A stretch of 64,000 nt of DNA from assembly GCF_030028105.1 (NCBI RefSeq), contig NC_092401.1, positions 8,714,984 through 8,778,983 of the forward strand. Reading direction: 5' to 3'. The stretch comes from Mobula birostris (Eukaryota). The notes under the pieces were generated by a model. The model was given only the letters and a program-made list of their open reading frames with translations. It was not told the origin of the DNA and did no database searches. The position numbers and the translations under genes are program-made. Positions 36,297-49,865 of the stretch are shown piece by piece (positions within the stretch are counted from its first letter, which is position 1; the number at the start of each line of letters is the position of its first letter).

Positions 36297-36473
36297 CTAT
36301 GAGAAAGAACACATTTTTTAACATTCGGGACATTGAATTCATGCACTCTTTCATCCTCCTGTGAACTTAATTATTCACTGATTAGCTGATCGATCAGTTG
36401 TTCATCAATATCATTGCCAAGCTTAATGGTTCAAGAAAAAGTGAAACAATTAGCCCCACTGCAAGATGACCCT

Positions 36474-36911
36474 TTCCTCCAAGAGGACTACAACCTTGTT
36501 GTTGGGTTTGGAGGCTTGCATGCCTCGATGACATTGAGAACTATGTTAGCTGGAGTCAGGACTTTATGGTTTGGCTTTTGGTAGGGTCACCCGTTCCAAA
36601 CAGGTTAAAGGGCAGAGGGTAGAAGCCAGATTAAGAGTGATCCACCAGTCCTCCATGTTCAGGTGTTCAGCTCAGGGCTAACAACCTTGACAGGTAAAAC
36701 AAAGTTGTTAGGAAACAGCAGTGAAGAATACTTTTACATCTGAGTGTGATGGTATACCTGAGTCTCCACCTGGGACCTGAGTGACTGACAGTAGTGAAAA
36801 CCGAGAGGAGGCTATTGACATGAAGAAGGAAGCCCTGAACACTGCCCTAGATGGAGGACCTTCATTGCTGCCTGAAATGCCAGTGGCTTAATGGGCAGTC
36901 AGTAAGTAAGT
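36474..36911 (+). mobile_element. Complete non-autonomous bipartite RTE element
   Basis: RTE-like 5'UTR start, RTE ORF-end remnant, (TAAG)n tail, exact 11-bp TSD aagatgaccct at 36463-36473 and 36912-36922. Confidence 0.75.
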
Positions 36912-37260
36912 AAGATGACCCTCTCTAGTAAAGCTCCAGTCTAGGTATATGCATTTCCAGTGTTGGAAAACCATAGCAGCATAGCCCAGACAGACCAATT
37001 GGCATATTCATTCTGCTGCCATCATGCTAGTGTGACAAGGCGTAATGAGAGGAAGGTAGCGGAGACTAACTGATGTATCATGAGCTCCTCTGGTACCTGA
37101 TGTTAAATAGATCAAGCCTCTCACAAACCAGTACAAAATTTTTCCAAGCTTTAAGTCAGTGAAAATCAGGTACATCAAATGATTTGCCATTTTTGGGAAT
37201 GGGTTAGGTCTTTGCCAGTGGAAGCAAGATCTGTGTGTGATCCTGGAATATTCCTCTTAC

Positions 37261-37416
37261 CTTGTTGCCTGCTGCCTTCCTGAGGATTCTTTATGTAATA
37301 TAGAGTGTAGTAAAGAATAAACCCCTGGCAGAGGTTCAGGGAAATGGCGTCCCACTTCAGTGTGGCTGAAGTCTGAGAAATGTTATATATTGAGATTTGG
37401 GGGCCTGTGAGTGGCA
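37261..37416 (-). CDS. IL27RA: IL27RA exon, first half of the membrane-proximal FN3 domain
   Basis: Acceptor ctgttttacag, donor G|gtaaga; 156 nt, phase 1 to 1; (V)PLTGPQISIYNISQTSATLKWDAISLNLCQGFILYYTLYY.. (human APLVGP..W..RGHLTHYTL). Confidence 0.9.
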
Positions 37417-37683
37417 CTGTAAAACAGATGAAAGAGGAAACTGTTGAGAACAATAAAGATCACATTTCACATTTTTAGCTGAACGTTTCAAAAACTTACA
37501 CGGCTGCCCAGGGAGGAGAGCCAATGTCAAATAGGATCTGGATTTATTGAACTTGAAATCGGTTACAATATTTGGACCCAAGCACAGGTTTTCCAGAACC
37601 AGAACAGAACATGAATCAAGACCAAGGAATAGCTTTATTAATGGCATTCCATGTTTTAACCACTCTGTAAGGATTGCTTTCTT

Positions 37684-37841
37684 TAAATCTTTTTATTGAA
37701 TAAGTATACAAAAAGGTAAGCCATATAGGCACTAATACACTGTTAGAATATAATGAAATAACAGGAGGTATTAATACAAAAAAAATGATACAAACAACGT
37801 AATTTAAACATAACATACTAAGGTAACATAATAGTATACTA

Positions 37842-37877
<36 letters not shown>

Positions 37878-38603
37878 ATAGAGAAAAGGAAAAAAAAACC
37901 CCAAAAAAAAACTACCGTGCAACTAACTAAAAGCAAAGCAAAGCAATGGGCTAACTTGGAACCAAGCAGAGTTAAAAAACTTAAAATCACGTCCTCAATC
38001 CCGACCTCCATTAAAAACAGTGAAAAAAAACAAGAAGGGTATATAAATATGGAACAAAAAAAGAGGAGGAAAAAAATTACATTAAATGAAAATATTGAAT
38101 AAAAGTTCTCCAGGTCTGTTCAAATTTAAGTGAGGAATCATAAAGATTGCTTCTAATTTTCTCCAAATTCAAGCATAATATCGTCTGAGAAAACCAAAAA
38201 AAGGTGGTTGGAGCGTTAAGCTCTTTCCAATGTTGTAAGATACATCTTTTCACCATTAAAGTAAGAAATGCAATCATTCTACAGGCTGAAGGAGAAAGAT
38301 TACTGGAAATTTTAGGTAGTCCAAAGATAGCAGTAATAGGGTGAGGAGAGATATCTATATTCAATACTTTGGAGATAATATTAAAAATGTCTCTCCAAAA
38401 AGTTTCCAGAGTAGGACAAGACCAAAACATATGAGTTAAAGAGACTATCTGCCCCGGACATCTATCACAAAAAGGATTAATATGAGAATAAAAGCGAGCT
38501 AATTTATCTTTGGACATATGTGCTCTATGAACAACTTTAAATTGAATTAGGGAATGTTTAGCACAGATAGAGGAAGTATTGACTAATTGTAAAATCTGCC
38601 CCC
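37684..38603 (-). mobile_element. 5'-truncated L1 (ORF2 C-terminal zinc knuckle plus 3'UTR)
   Basis: ORF 38077-38625 LIQFKVVHR..CDRC..LTHMFWSC; AATAAA near 37692; 14-bp TSD aggattgctttctt at 37670-37683 and 38604-38617. Confidence 0.85.
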
Positions 38604-38772
38604 AGGATTGCTTTCTTAATATCACATCATCAAATTCCCAACAAGAAACAAAGGGCTTTCTCCATCATTCTATCAAAACTACTTGAGGTGACTATTTCTA
38701 TTAAATCTCATCACAGGCACTCTAATTTACAGAGAACAATTCTTCTACCTTGGGTCACTTCTCATAACCAAG

Positions 38773-40372
38773 ATCGGAATCAGAATCAGGTTTATTATCA
38801 CCGGCATAAGTCGTGAAATTTAACTTAACAGCAGCAGTTCAATGCAATACATAATATAAGAGAAAAATAATAATAATTAAATAAATTACAGTATACCTAT
38901 ATTGAATAGATTAAAAATCATGCAAAAAACAGAAATAATATATATTAAAAAAGTGAGGTAGTGTCCAAGGGTTCAATGTCCATTTAGGAATCGGATGGCA
39001 GATGGGAAGTGGCAGTTCCTGAATCGCTGAGTGTGTGCCTTCAGGCTTCTGTGCCTCCTTTCTGATGGTAACAGTGAGAAAAGGGCATGCCCTGGGTGCT
39101 GGAGCTCCTTAATGATGGACGCTGCCTTTCTGAGACACCGCTCCTTGAAGATGTCCTGGGTACTTTGTCGGCTAGTACCCAAGTTGGAGCCAACTAAATT
39201 TACAACCCTCTACAGCTTCTTTTGGTCTTGTGCAGTAGCCACCCCCCCCCTTACCATAAAGCGATACAGCCTGTCAGAATGCTCTCCACGGTACATCAAT
39301 ATAAGGTTTTGAGTGTATTTGTTGACATACCAAATCTCTTCAAACTTCTAATGAAGTATAGCCACTGTCTTGCCTTCTTTATAACTGCATCAGTATTTTG
39401 GGACCAGGTTAGATCCTCAGAGAACTTGACACCCAGGAACTTGAAACTACTCACTCTCTCCACTTCTGAACCCCCTATGAACATTGGTATGTGTTCCTTC
39501 ATCTTACCCTTCCAGAAGTCCACAATCAGCTCTTGTCTTACAGACGTTGAATGCTAGGTTGTTGCTGCGACACCACTCCACGAGTTGGCATATCTTGCTC
39601 TTGTACACCCTATTGTCACCGCCTGAGATTCTACCAGCAATGGTTGTATCATCAGCAAATTTATAGATGGTATTTGAGCTATGGCAAACCACACAGTCAT
39701 AGGTATATAGAGAGTAGAGCAGTGGGCTAAGCACACACACCTGAGGTGCACCAGTTTTGTTTATCAGCAAGAAGGAGATGTTATCACCAATCCAATTGGT
39801 GATAACATCTCCTTCCTGCTGAGATTGTGGTCTTCCGATTAGGAAATCGAGGATCCAATTGCAAATGGAGGTACAGAAGCCCAGGTTCTGCAACTTCTCA
39901 ATCAGGATTGTGGGAATGATAGTATTAAATGCTGAGCTGTAGTCGATGAACAGCATCCTGGCATAGGTATTTGTGTTGTGCAGGTGGTCTAAAGCCATGT
40001 GAAGAGCCATTGAGATTGCATCTGCTGATGACCTATTGTGGTGATAGGCAAATTGCAATGGGTCCAGATCTTTGCTGAGGCAGGAATTCCGTCTAGTCAT
40101 GACCAACCTCTCACAGCATTTCATCATTGTCGATGTGAGTGCTACTGGGCCATAGTCATTAAGGCAGCTCACATTATTCTTCGTAGGCACTGGTATAATT
40201 GTTGTCTTTTTGAAGCAAGTGAGAACTTCCACCCCAGCAGTGAGAGGTTGAAAGTGTTCTTGAATACTCCTGCTAGTTGGTTGGCACAGGTTTTCAGAAC
40301 CTTACCAGGTACTCCATTGGGACCTTCCGCCTTGTGAGGGTTCACTCTCTTTAAAGACAGCCTAACATCAGC
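38773..40372 (-). mobile_element. Rex1/Babar-type LINE, 5'-truncated
   Basis: ORF 39504-40232 with [44 protein letters not shown]; (TCTGAT)n-type tail at about 38775-38790. Confidence 0.88.
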
Positions 40373-42159
40373 TTAGATTTACCACTCTCAGCTGTGTGTC
40401 CTTTCTACGGTGCTACCCTCCATACTGTTAAAGAGCTGTTAGTGCACAGGGTTTCTGTTCTTGGCAGAGAAACCACTTTCTGCTCAATTCTTTGCAGGTT
40501 ATGCTCTAAACAAGCTTCCTCCCAACTCTCTTTATCTCACTCTGTCAGTTTACCCTTTTGTTCTTTTCTCCTTCATTACTTGATTGCCAGCTCTTGCTAA
40601 GGAATAATGAACATCTTCACAAAAGCTGTTTCCCTGTACAGTATATGAAGAGCGGCAACAAAAAGGACGTAGTGTCAGGTGATCAGTAGGCTGCAGTCCA
40701 AGGCAGGAGACTCAAGCAAACTCCCTAAGTTCAAATAGAGAGGTTTCTTCTGAATTCATTGTTGGATTGATTGGTGCCTCCTTCTGATACCCTACACACA
40801 TGTTCTCCATCAAATTCCTTCATGATATTAAAGATTTTTCTTAGCTTAATGATCAGTTTTGATCTGTACAGGATCTCACTCAGCTTTTTCTAGTGGTATG
40901 TAGAAATAATTGTTAAAAGATCTCCCTCTGCAATAATCGGTATTCACCAATGAAAGGGAACTTGATGACGGTGAGGACAATATGAGTGAGGTTGATGTTC
41001 TGGAGCATGTTGATATTAAGGGAGAGGAGGTATTGGAGTTGTTAAAATACATTAGGACGGATAAGTCCCCGGGGCCTGACGGAATATTCCCCAGGCTGCT
41101 CCACGAGGCGAGGGAAGAGATTGCTGAGCCTCTTGCTGGGATCTTTATGTCCTCGTTGTCCATGGGAATGGTACCAGAGGATTGGAGGGGGGCGAATGTT
41201 GTCCCCTTGTTCAAAAAAGGTAGTAGGGATAGTCCGGGTAATTATAGACCAGTGAGCCTTACGTCTGTGGTGGGAAAGCTGTTGGAAAAGATTCTCAGAT
41301 ATAGGATCTGTGGGCATTTAGAGAATCATGGTCTGATCAAGGACAGTCAGCATGACTTTGTGAAGGGCAGATCGTGTCTAACAAGCCTGATAGAGTTCTT
41401 TGAGGAGGTGACCAGGCATATAGATGAGGGTAGTGCAGTGGTTGTGAACTACATGGATTTTAGTAAGGCATTTGACAAGGTTCCACATGGTAGGCTTATT
41501 CAGAAAGTCAGAAAGCATGGGATCCAGGGAAGTTTGGCCAGGTGGATTCAGAATTGGCTTGCCTGCAGAAGGCAGAGGGTCGTGGTGGAGGGAGTACATT
41601 CAGATTGGAGGGTTGTGACTAGTGGTGTCCCTCAAGAATCTGTTCTGGGACCTCTACTTTTCATGATTTTTATTAACGACCGGATGTGGCGGTAGAAGGA
41701 TGGATTGGCAAGTTTGCAGACAACACAAAGGTTGGTGGTGTTGTAGATAGTGTAGAGGATTGTCAAAGATTGCAGAGAGACATTGATAGGATGCAGAAGT
41801 GGGCTGAGAAGTGGCAGATGGAGTTCAACCCAGAGAAGTGTGAGGTGGTACACTTTGGAAGGACAAACTCCAAGACAGAGTACAAAGTAAATGGCAGGAT
41901 ACTTGGTAGTGTGGAGGAGCAGAGGGATCTTGGGGTACATGTCCACAGATCCCTGGAAGTTGTCTTACAGGTAGATAGGGTGGTTAAGAAAGCTTATGGG
42001 GTGTTAGCTTTCATAAGTGGAGGGATAGAGTTTAAGAGTCGTGAGGTAATGATGCAGCTCTATAAAACTCTGGATAGGCCACACTTGGAGTACTGTGTCC
42101 AGTTCTGGTCGCCTCAGTATAGGAAGGATGTGGAAGCATTGGAAAGAGTACAAAGGAGG

Positions 42160-45100
42160 GGGTTCCGGTGACGCCATCATTCAGAATGCCAGCTTAAATC
42201 AACAGCTGCTCCGGAAAAATGCATATTTTGTCCCGTTAATCCATCAAATATAAGATCTTTCGAAAATATCTGAATTGATGGGGGGGCAAGAATGGGGAAA
42301 AAGAATGGAGATAAGAAAAGCATCACTGCGGAGCCTATGGAAGAGAGAGGTACAACGAGCGGCTCTCCTACACGTGCACGTGGCGGCAAGGCTGACGCGG
42401 GGCCTCGTTCAGGCGAAGCGACAATTATGATAAGGGTTTTGGAAGAGATAAGGGAAATCCAAAAAGATATAAAGCAACAACTCAATGATATAAAATCAGA
42501 GCTCGCCAACGTCAATCAGAAAATAGCAGTGGCAAAGACTCGAATTGAGAAGGTGGAAGATCGCGTGCAAAACGTGGAACAGATACTAAGTAAGACGATA
42601 AAAATATTAAGTCAACAGGAAAGTAAATTGCTTGACCAGGAGGGAAGATCGCGAGGGAAAAATATCAGGATTTATAATGTTCCCGAAGAAGCAGAGGGAT
42701 TGTCGATGATAGACTTTGTAGAAAAGCTGCTGCGGGAAGCGCTGGAGATTCCCTCGACTATGGAGATTGAAATTGAGAGGGTGCATCGTTCGCTTGTTCC
42801 ACGGCCTCCCGGAGACAGACAAAGTAAACTACGCTCAATAGTACTTAAATTCCCTCGATTCAAGAGCAAGGTGGAGATTCTACGAAGGGCCTGGGGTAAG
42901 AAGAGGGTGATTTGGAACGGAAAGTTAATATACTTTGATCATGATCACCTCCCGGCGGTCCTACAGAAATGGAAGTAATGTTCCGAAGCAAAATGAATAC
43001 TAAAGCAAGGAAAGATTAAATTCCAAACCCCATACCCTGCTAAACTGAGTGTATTTTACCAAGAAGGGATACAGCTATATCAGATGGTAGAAGAGGCGAC
43101 TACAGACATGAATAACAGAGGACTGCCCATTAGCGTGGTCAAACCAAGGGAAAGTCTGACTGAGAAGTTATCCCGATCTGCTAGGGAAATAGTAAGAGAA
43201 CCTAGAAAGCAGGGGACGGGAACAGGATGAGAGAAGGATATTAGGAAGACTGAGTTCTCCGAGGACAGTCCTCACCTCCTCCAGAAGAGCCATAAGGTTT
43301 GGCTAACTTTAAAAGTGTTGAGAAACTAAATGGAAGCAAAAATAGACAGTGATATACCTATATCGAGAAATACATACAGTATTATAATATGGATTTTATA
43401 TTACTCAATTTTTAAAAAATTCATTCATTCATTCCTTTTTCCCCACCTAAATGAGAACATATACATGGGAGGAATACACAGGGAAATCATTTCTGTGTAA
43501 TGGACATAGTTTTTTTTACTTACTTTTATAGGTACTGCAACAGGGACCCTCAACCCACAGGTAGGAGGGGCTATCCCCCATGGCTAGACGTTTCTTCTAG
43601 CTCAACCCAGGGTCATCTAGAGACCCCAGCCTTGGAATCACACCTTCGTTACCTTTTTTTTTATTATTCGCGTTTCTTGGCTCTTATTTGTTCAGGGAGT
43701 AAATCGATTAAATTATATTCTGCAAATTTCAATGATATACTAATAGATAAACACACATGGCTAAGGACTAAGTAAAATTCATTTATTTTAATGTCAATGG
43801 GCTGTTGAATCCAGTCAAGTGCAGTAAAATTCTGTCAAAAATGAAAAAAGAACAAGCCCATGTAGTCTATTTACAGGAAACTCACTTAAGTGATGATAAG
43901 CATGGAAAATTAAAGAGAATGGGTTTCACTAATTTGTTTTTCTCCTCATATAAATCAGGGCATAGGAGAGGAGTTACTCTTCTCATCTCAAGCAAGCTAA
44001 ATTTTGAAAAAGTATTTGAAATGGGAGATAGAGAGGGCAGATATATTCTGTTAAGGGGGAATATAGATGGAAATCCAGTTATTTTATTGAATATATACGC
44101 ACCCCCAAGAAGTGATATTAGTTTCTTCCAGAAAATTACTAATATTATGGGAACGGAAACAGACAGTCTCTTGATATGTGGGGGAGACTTAAATTTACAA
44201 TTACCTTAAATTTACAATTACAACCAAAGTTAGACTCTTCCAATAGAAAAACTTATGAAACAAAGTCCTTACATAAGAAAGTTAACACTTTTTTTTGAGG
44301 ATGTTGGTCTAATTGATATATGGAGGGACCTTTTCTCTGACAGAAGGGATTACACTCATTATTCTGCCCCCCATTCCGTATATACAAGAATAGACATTTC
44401 ATAACATTTGGAAAATATAGACAAAATAATCACCTGTGGAATTGGAACAATAGATGTAAGTGACCATGCACCTATATATTTATCTGTTGATTTTGACCTA
44501 CAACCAAAGAATACTATTTGGAAACTAAATGCAAGTCTATTCAATGATCCCTATTTTAAGGAAAAAAATAAAAAAGAAATTGGTCTTTACTTAGAATTCA
44601 ATGAAAATGGAGAGGTTTCACCTTCCATTCTATGGGATACTCTGAAGGCTGTCTTAAGAGGGAAAATTATAGCGATATCTTCATATAAGAAAGAAATAAA
44701 GTATAAAACATTAGAGGAATTACAAAATAAGCTGAAGAAACTAGAAAAAAAAAACAAATTGAGTTTGGCACAGGATACACGAGAGGAAACTAAAAAAATT
44801 AGGAATGAAATTAATAGTTTGGCTGCACAAGAAATTAGAAAAAAATTAATGTTTCTGAAACAGAGACACTATGAAAGTGGATTTAAATCTGTGAAAATAC
44901 TGGCGTGGAAAATGGAAAAAAAATAGCAGAAAATACAAATCATAGAATTAGGGATCCAAGAACAAAAGTGATAAAAAAATAAGCTAAGTGAAATTCATGA
45001 AGATTTTGAAATGTTTTATAAAACTCTATATTCCGAAGTTCCAGAGGGAAACTTAACCCAAATTGACACCTTCCTGAATTCTTTAGAGTTACCCACTTTA

Positions 45101-47877
45101 AGCAAAGAACAAAATAAAACGATGATTGCTGACATAACTGAAGTGGAACTAAAAACTGCAATTGGTAGGCTTAAATTAAGCAAGTCACCAGGATCAGATG
45201 GATATACAGCAGAGTGGTATAAAGAGTTTAGAAGTGAGTTAATCCCTATTTTACTCCCCACACTGAACTGGGCCCTGAGAAAGGTGCAAATGCCACCCAG
45301 CTGGAAGGAGGCGATAATCTCAGCTATACCGAAAGAAGGCAAGGATAAAATGGAATGTGGGTCATTTAGACCAATATCTGTTCTTAATGTGGATTATAGA
45401 ATATTTACCTCCATCATGGCCAAACGATTAGAAGAGTTACTACCCACACTGATACATAATGATCAGACAGGTTTCATACAGCAACACCAAACACAAGACA
45501 ATATATGAAGGACACTTCACATTATGGATCATATTAAAAAAAAATGAAATTGAAGCAATAGTGATATGTGTGGACGCTGAAAAGGCATTTGATTCAGTTA
45601 ATTGGAATTTTCTTTATAGAGTTTTACATAGGTTTCGTCTATATGACACAATTATTAAAACTATACAGGCACTGTACGACAATCCTACTGCCAGGATTAA
45701 AATCAATGGATATTTATCTAATAGTTGTATCCTAGAAAGGGGCACGAGACAGGGATGTGCATGGTCACCGCTACTCTTCGCATTATATCTGGAACCATTA
45801 GCTCAATACATCAGACAAAATGAAGATATCAGGGGAATTACTATTCAAGGGACAGAGCATAAATTGGCCTGTTACGCAGATGACATTTTGATCTATCTAG
45901 GGCAACCAACAGACTCTTTACCTAAATTGATGCAATCCTTCAAATAATATGGCCAATTATCAGGATACAAGATCAACATAGATAAAACCCAACTACTTTC
46001 ATATAATTGTAGCCCACCAAGAGAAATTGAAAGTAGATATCCTTGGGCATGACAAACAGAGTCTTTCAAATATTTGGGCATCACTATGCCAAAAGATTTG
46101 GCAAGATTATCAGATTGCAATTATCAGCCTATATATAAAAAAATTAAGGAAGATATAACAAGGTGGAACCTAATTCCTTTTCTTGGTCTCAGTTCAAGGA
46201 TTGAATCTGTTAAAATGAATATACTGCCCAGACTATCTCTTTCAGACCTTACCAATTGAGATTAACCAAAATCAATTCAATGAATGGAACAAGATGCTAT
46301 CAAGATATATATGGCAAGGTAAAAGGTCTCAAAACTTTGCAATTAGCCAAGGAAAAGGGGGGATGGGGCCTACCTTCTCTTAGAGATAATTATTTTGCAG
46401 TACAGTTGAGAGCTGTGACATGCTGGTCCAACCCAGCGGAAGTGGTTGAGGCAGTTTTGAAGTTGCCATTTGAAGTTAAATTGGATAGCTATATGGACAG
46501 GAAAGGAATGGAGGGTTATGGGCTGAGTGCAGGTTGGTGGGACTAGGTGAGAGAAAGAGTTCGGCGGGACTAGGTGAGAGTAAGAGTTCGGCGTGGACTA
46601 GTAAGGCCGAGATGGCCTGTTTCCGTGCTGTAATTGTTATATAGTTATGTGGTTATAACCCATTATATGATGCTCAATGGAAAAACATTGAGGAGAGGAT
46701 ACTTTCCATCCCCATACAGGCAATTTTGGCTGATGACAACCTACAGTGTTACATAAATAATATTGACAACCCGTGGGTGAAATGGACTCTTAAAATATGG
46801 AAAACTATTATAAAAGAATATAAACCAGAGAGAGACGTTGCAATTCTTAAATGGTGTGCATATGACTGGATGCTAGATTTAAGGACTGGACAGCTAAAGG
46901 AATAACAGCTATTTGCAATATAATGAAAGAAGGAACACTGTTCAGTTTTGAAATGCTCAAAGAGAAACACTTAATAGAAAAACAAGACTTTAACCGGTAC
47001 TTACAGATGCAACAGTATGTTAATAGCACGGTTAAAAATGTGACCAAGGCAAGTACATGTCTGATAGAGCTATTTAGAAAAGCATATAATTCAGACAATG
47101 GTAGTAAAATCATTTCAAGCATGTATAAGGGTTTGTCAAATCTTAAAACACATTCGACTTCATACATTAAAACAAAATGGGAGAAGGAATGAGGGATAAT
47201 AATATCTGGGGAAAACTGGACAATAATATGGAGGTATCAATGGAAGTATACCAGTTCACAGAAATGGAGGGAGTTCGGGTGGAAACACTTGATAAGGTAT
47301 TTTATTACACCCTCTCAGAAATCCTATTATGATAGTAACCCCCCGTTTGCTGGAGAAATTGTGGAAATCAAAATGCAAACCATTAACATATTTTCTGGGA
47401 ACGCCCTGTTATCAAAGACTATTGGAGTGGGATACATAATGCCCTACAAGACATCTTTAAATGTGAAATACCCTTAGAGAGTAAGACCATATATTTTGGG
47501 TATATACCTTAAGAATGGTTGAAAAGAGATAAGTATTTAATGAATGTACTGCTGGTGTAACAGCATCTGTTAATCATAAATTGGAACAATTTTATTCATA
47601 CTGGAAAAATGGTTTACATAACACCTCATAGGCCTGATTTTATTTTCACAAGTCAATGAATATGTTGTAAAAAAAGATCATTCCCCTTTGTACATAGTTT
47701 CCTTCTTTCGATTGTTCTTTCTTTCCTCCCCTTTCTATAAGTGTATACCTCAGATAAATATTATGTGGAGATTTGTGACAAATATGATTATATGAATTAT
47801 ATATGTACAGTACCTGAAATACACCTTATGGAAATATTTGATGATGAAATTCAATAAAAAATAAATTACTAAAAAAA
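42160..47877 (+). mobile_element. Full-length but inactivated L1 retrotransposon
   Basis: ORF1 from 42292 (coiled coil; RS..NIRIYNVPE; IERVHR); ORF2 from 43757 (FNVNGL, LQETHL, GGDLN, SDH, FRPIS, DAEKAFD, GTRQGC, YADD); AATAAA at 47853 plus A tail; 19-bp TSD with 2 mismatches at 42141-42159 and 47878-47896; multiple stops and frameshifts. Confidence 0.92.
46436..46656 (+). mobile_element. Short CR1 3'-end insertion inside L1 ORF2
   Basis: CR1-like EVVEA..KLDSYMDRKGMEGYG and tail ccgtgctgtaattgttatat; 6-bp duplication aaccca at 46430-46435 and 46657-46662. Confidence 0.75.
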
Positions 47878-48394
47878 GGAAAGGGTACAGAGGAGGTTTA
47901 CCAGGATGCTGCCTGGTTTAGAGAGTATGCATTATGATCAGAGATTAAGGAAATCTTTGGAGAGAAGGAGGATGAGAGGAGACATGATAGAGGTATACAA
48001 GATATTAAGAGGAATAGATAGAGTGGACAGCAAGCGCCTCTTCCCCAAAGCACCACTGCTCAATACAAGAGGACATGGCTTTAAGGTAAAGGGTGGGAAG
48101 TTCAAGGGGGATATTAGACAAAGGTTTTTTACTCAGACAGTGGTTGGTGCCTGGAATGCATTGCCTGAGTCAGTAGTGGAGGCAGATACACTCGTGAAAT
48201 TTAAGAGACTACGAGACAGGTATATGGAAGAATTTAAGGTGGGGGTTTATATGGGAGGCAGGCTTTAAGGGTCGGCACAACATTGTGGGCCGAAGGGCCT
48301 GTGCTGTGCTGTACTATTCTATGTTCTAATACATAACACACAATAACAGCTCCCTCTGTTAACACACAGTAACGGTTACACAGTGTTATAGTAC

Positions 48395-48496
48395 CTCCTT
48401 CTTCCTTGTAGACTATTCTGGATACTGGTCCACCCAGGCCACTCTCATATTGAGCATAGACTGAGACTTTGTATGGAATCCGGGGCTGCAGAACAC
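48395..48496 (-). CDS. IL27RA: IL27RA exon (FN3), not in the ORF track
   Basis: Acceptor ctttttccacag, donor G|gtacta; 102 nt, phase 1 to 1; (G)VLQPRIPYKVSVYAQYESGLGGPVSRIVYKEEG (human VPYRITVTAVSASGL..FREE). Confidence 0.9.
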
Positions 48497-49685
48497 CTGT
48501 GGAAAAAGCAAGCTCATCATGATGTCTGCAACTACTTCTAGTTGCTTAAGAACTAAATCAGGAATGAATCAGCACATGGATATACATAAACTCAACACAG
48601 CTATCATTGATAGCCAAGATACCCAGTGATACTAGAAATATCACTAATGTTACAGATCATGATTTTATTTTCAGATTGTATTGGATCTTCTTCCCCTCTG
48701 CCATCCAATTGCTGAATGGACGTTCGACCCACGAACACTGCCTCACCGCTTTATATTTAAATGATATACTTACTGTAATTCATGTCTCTTTTCTCTGTTA
48801 TTATGTATTACGTTGTACTGTTGCCACAAAGACCAACAAATTTCACAGCGTATGCTGGTGATATTAAACCTGATTCTACAGTACAAATTTATCTCTATAT
48901 TCTCACTTCAAGTACTTACAGGTGAAGTTCACCACAGTTCAGATACACAGTAAATGTCCCTCTACATTATCCAACCAAACTCTCCTATTGGACTTGCAGC
49001 ATGAGTTAAATGTTTATTTTTCATCATGTGAGTATCATGTGCAACACCAGCATTTACTGCATATCCCATAATTAATTGATTCTGGCTTTATAAGCTTTTT
49101 CAGATATTCATGAGTCACATATAGGTCAGACTAGTTACGAACAGCAGATTTTCTCTCCTAAAGGACAGATGTGTTCTTACACCAATCTAGTAATTTTGTG
49201 AACTTATTACCGCAGTCCTGGAATTATGCTCCTCCTATTATAGGTGGGATATCAGGGAGGAGTCCAGAACCCTTGTTGACTATCTTTGCAGGAAGTATGT
49301 CTAGCTGCAGCACCTTCAATCAGCATAGATCTCCTGGAGTTATGATTGTATGTAGTAGTGTTAGATTTGATCTTTCCGAATATTGTCAGGAATTGCCTTA
49401 GTGGAAGGTGCTCAGATAGGTGGAATTCATAATGTGCATTGAAGAGCTTTCATTGAAGCAGTACATACAACATCCTACAATGGAGGGGGTTATACTACAT
49501 CTAATCTTTGGGAGTGAGGATGAGTAAGTAATAGAAGAGACTGTAGAGATTTTTTTTTGAAATAGTGACCGTAGTCCTGTAAGGTTAAAAGTAGTCAGGA
49601 GAAAATACATGGTTGAGGTAGTACCCTAAACTGGATTGGGGAAGGGAGTCAGATTTCAATAAGATAGGATCTTATAGAAGTAATG

Positions 49686-49865
49686 CACACAAAATGCTGC
49701 AGGAATTCAGCAGGCCAGGCAGTATCTATCAAGAGTAAACAGTTGACATTTCAAGCTGAGAACCTGCATCAGGACTGAAGGGTCCTGGCCTGAAAGGTCG
49801 ACTGTTTACTCTTTTCCACAGATACTGTCTGGCCTGCTGAGTTCCTCCAGCATTTTGTATATATT
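49686..49865. repeat. Inverted pair of Penelope pLTR ends (imperfect palindrome)
   Basis: Left arm aaaatgctgcaggaattcagcaggccaggcagtatct..aacagttgac; right arm gtcgactgttt..agatactgtctggcctgctgagttcctccagcatttt; degenerate hammerhead cores at the centre. Confidence 0.75.

Larger units (their letters stand above)
40936..48328 (+). mobile_element. CR1 LINE ORF2 3' half, split by a full-length L1
   Basis: ORFs 40982-41695 and 41686-42171 (RT), resuming at 47878 (ERVQRRFTRMLPGLE) to the tail ctattctatgttcta. Confidence 0.9.

Noticed and set aside
42160-47877. Active, retrotransposition-competent L1
   Set aside because: Premature stops in ORF1 and at the start of ORF2, several frameshifts and an internal insertion.
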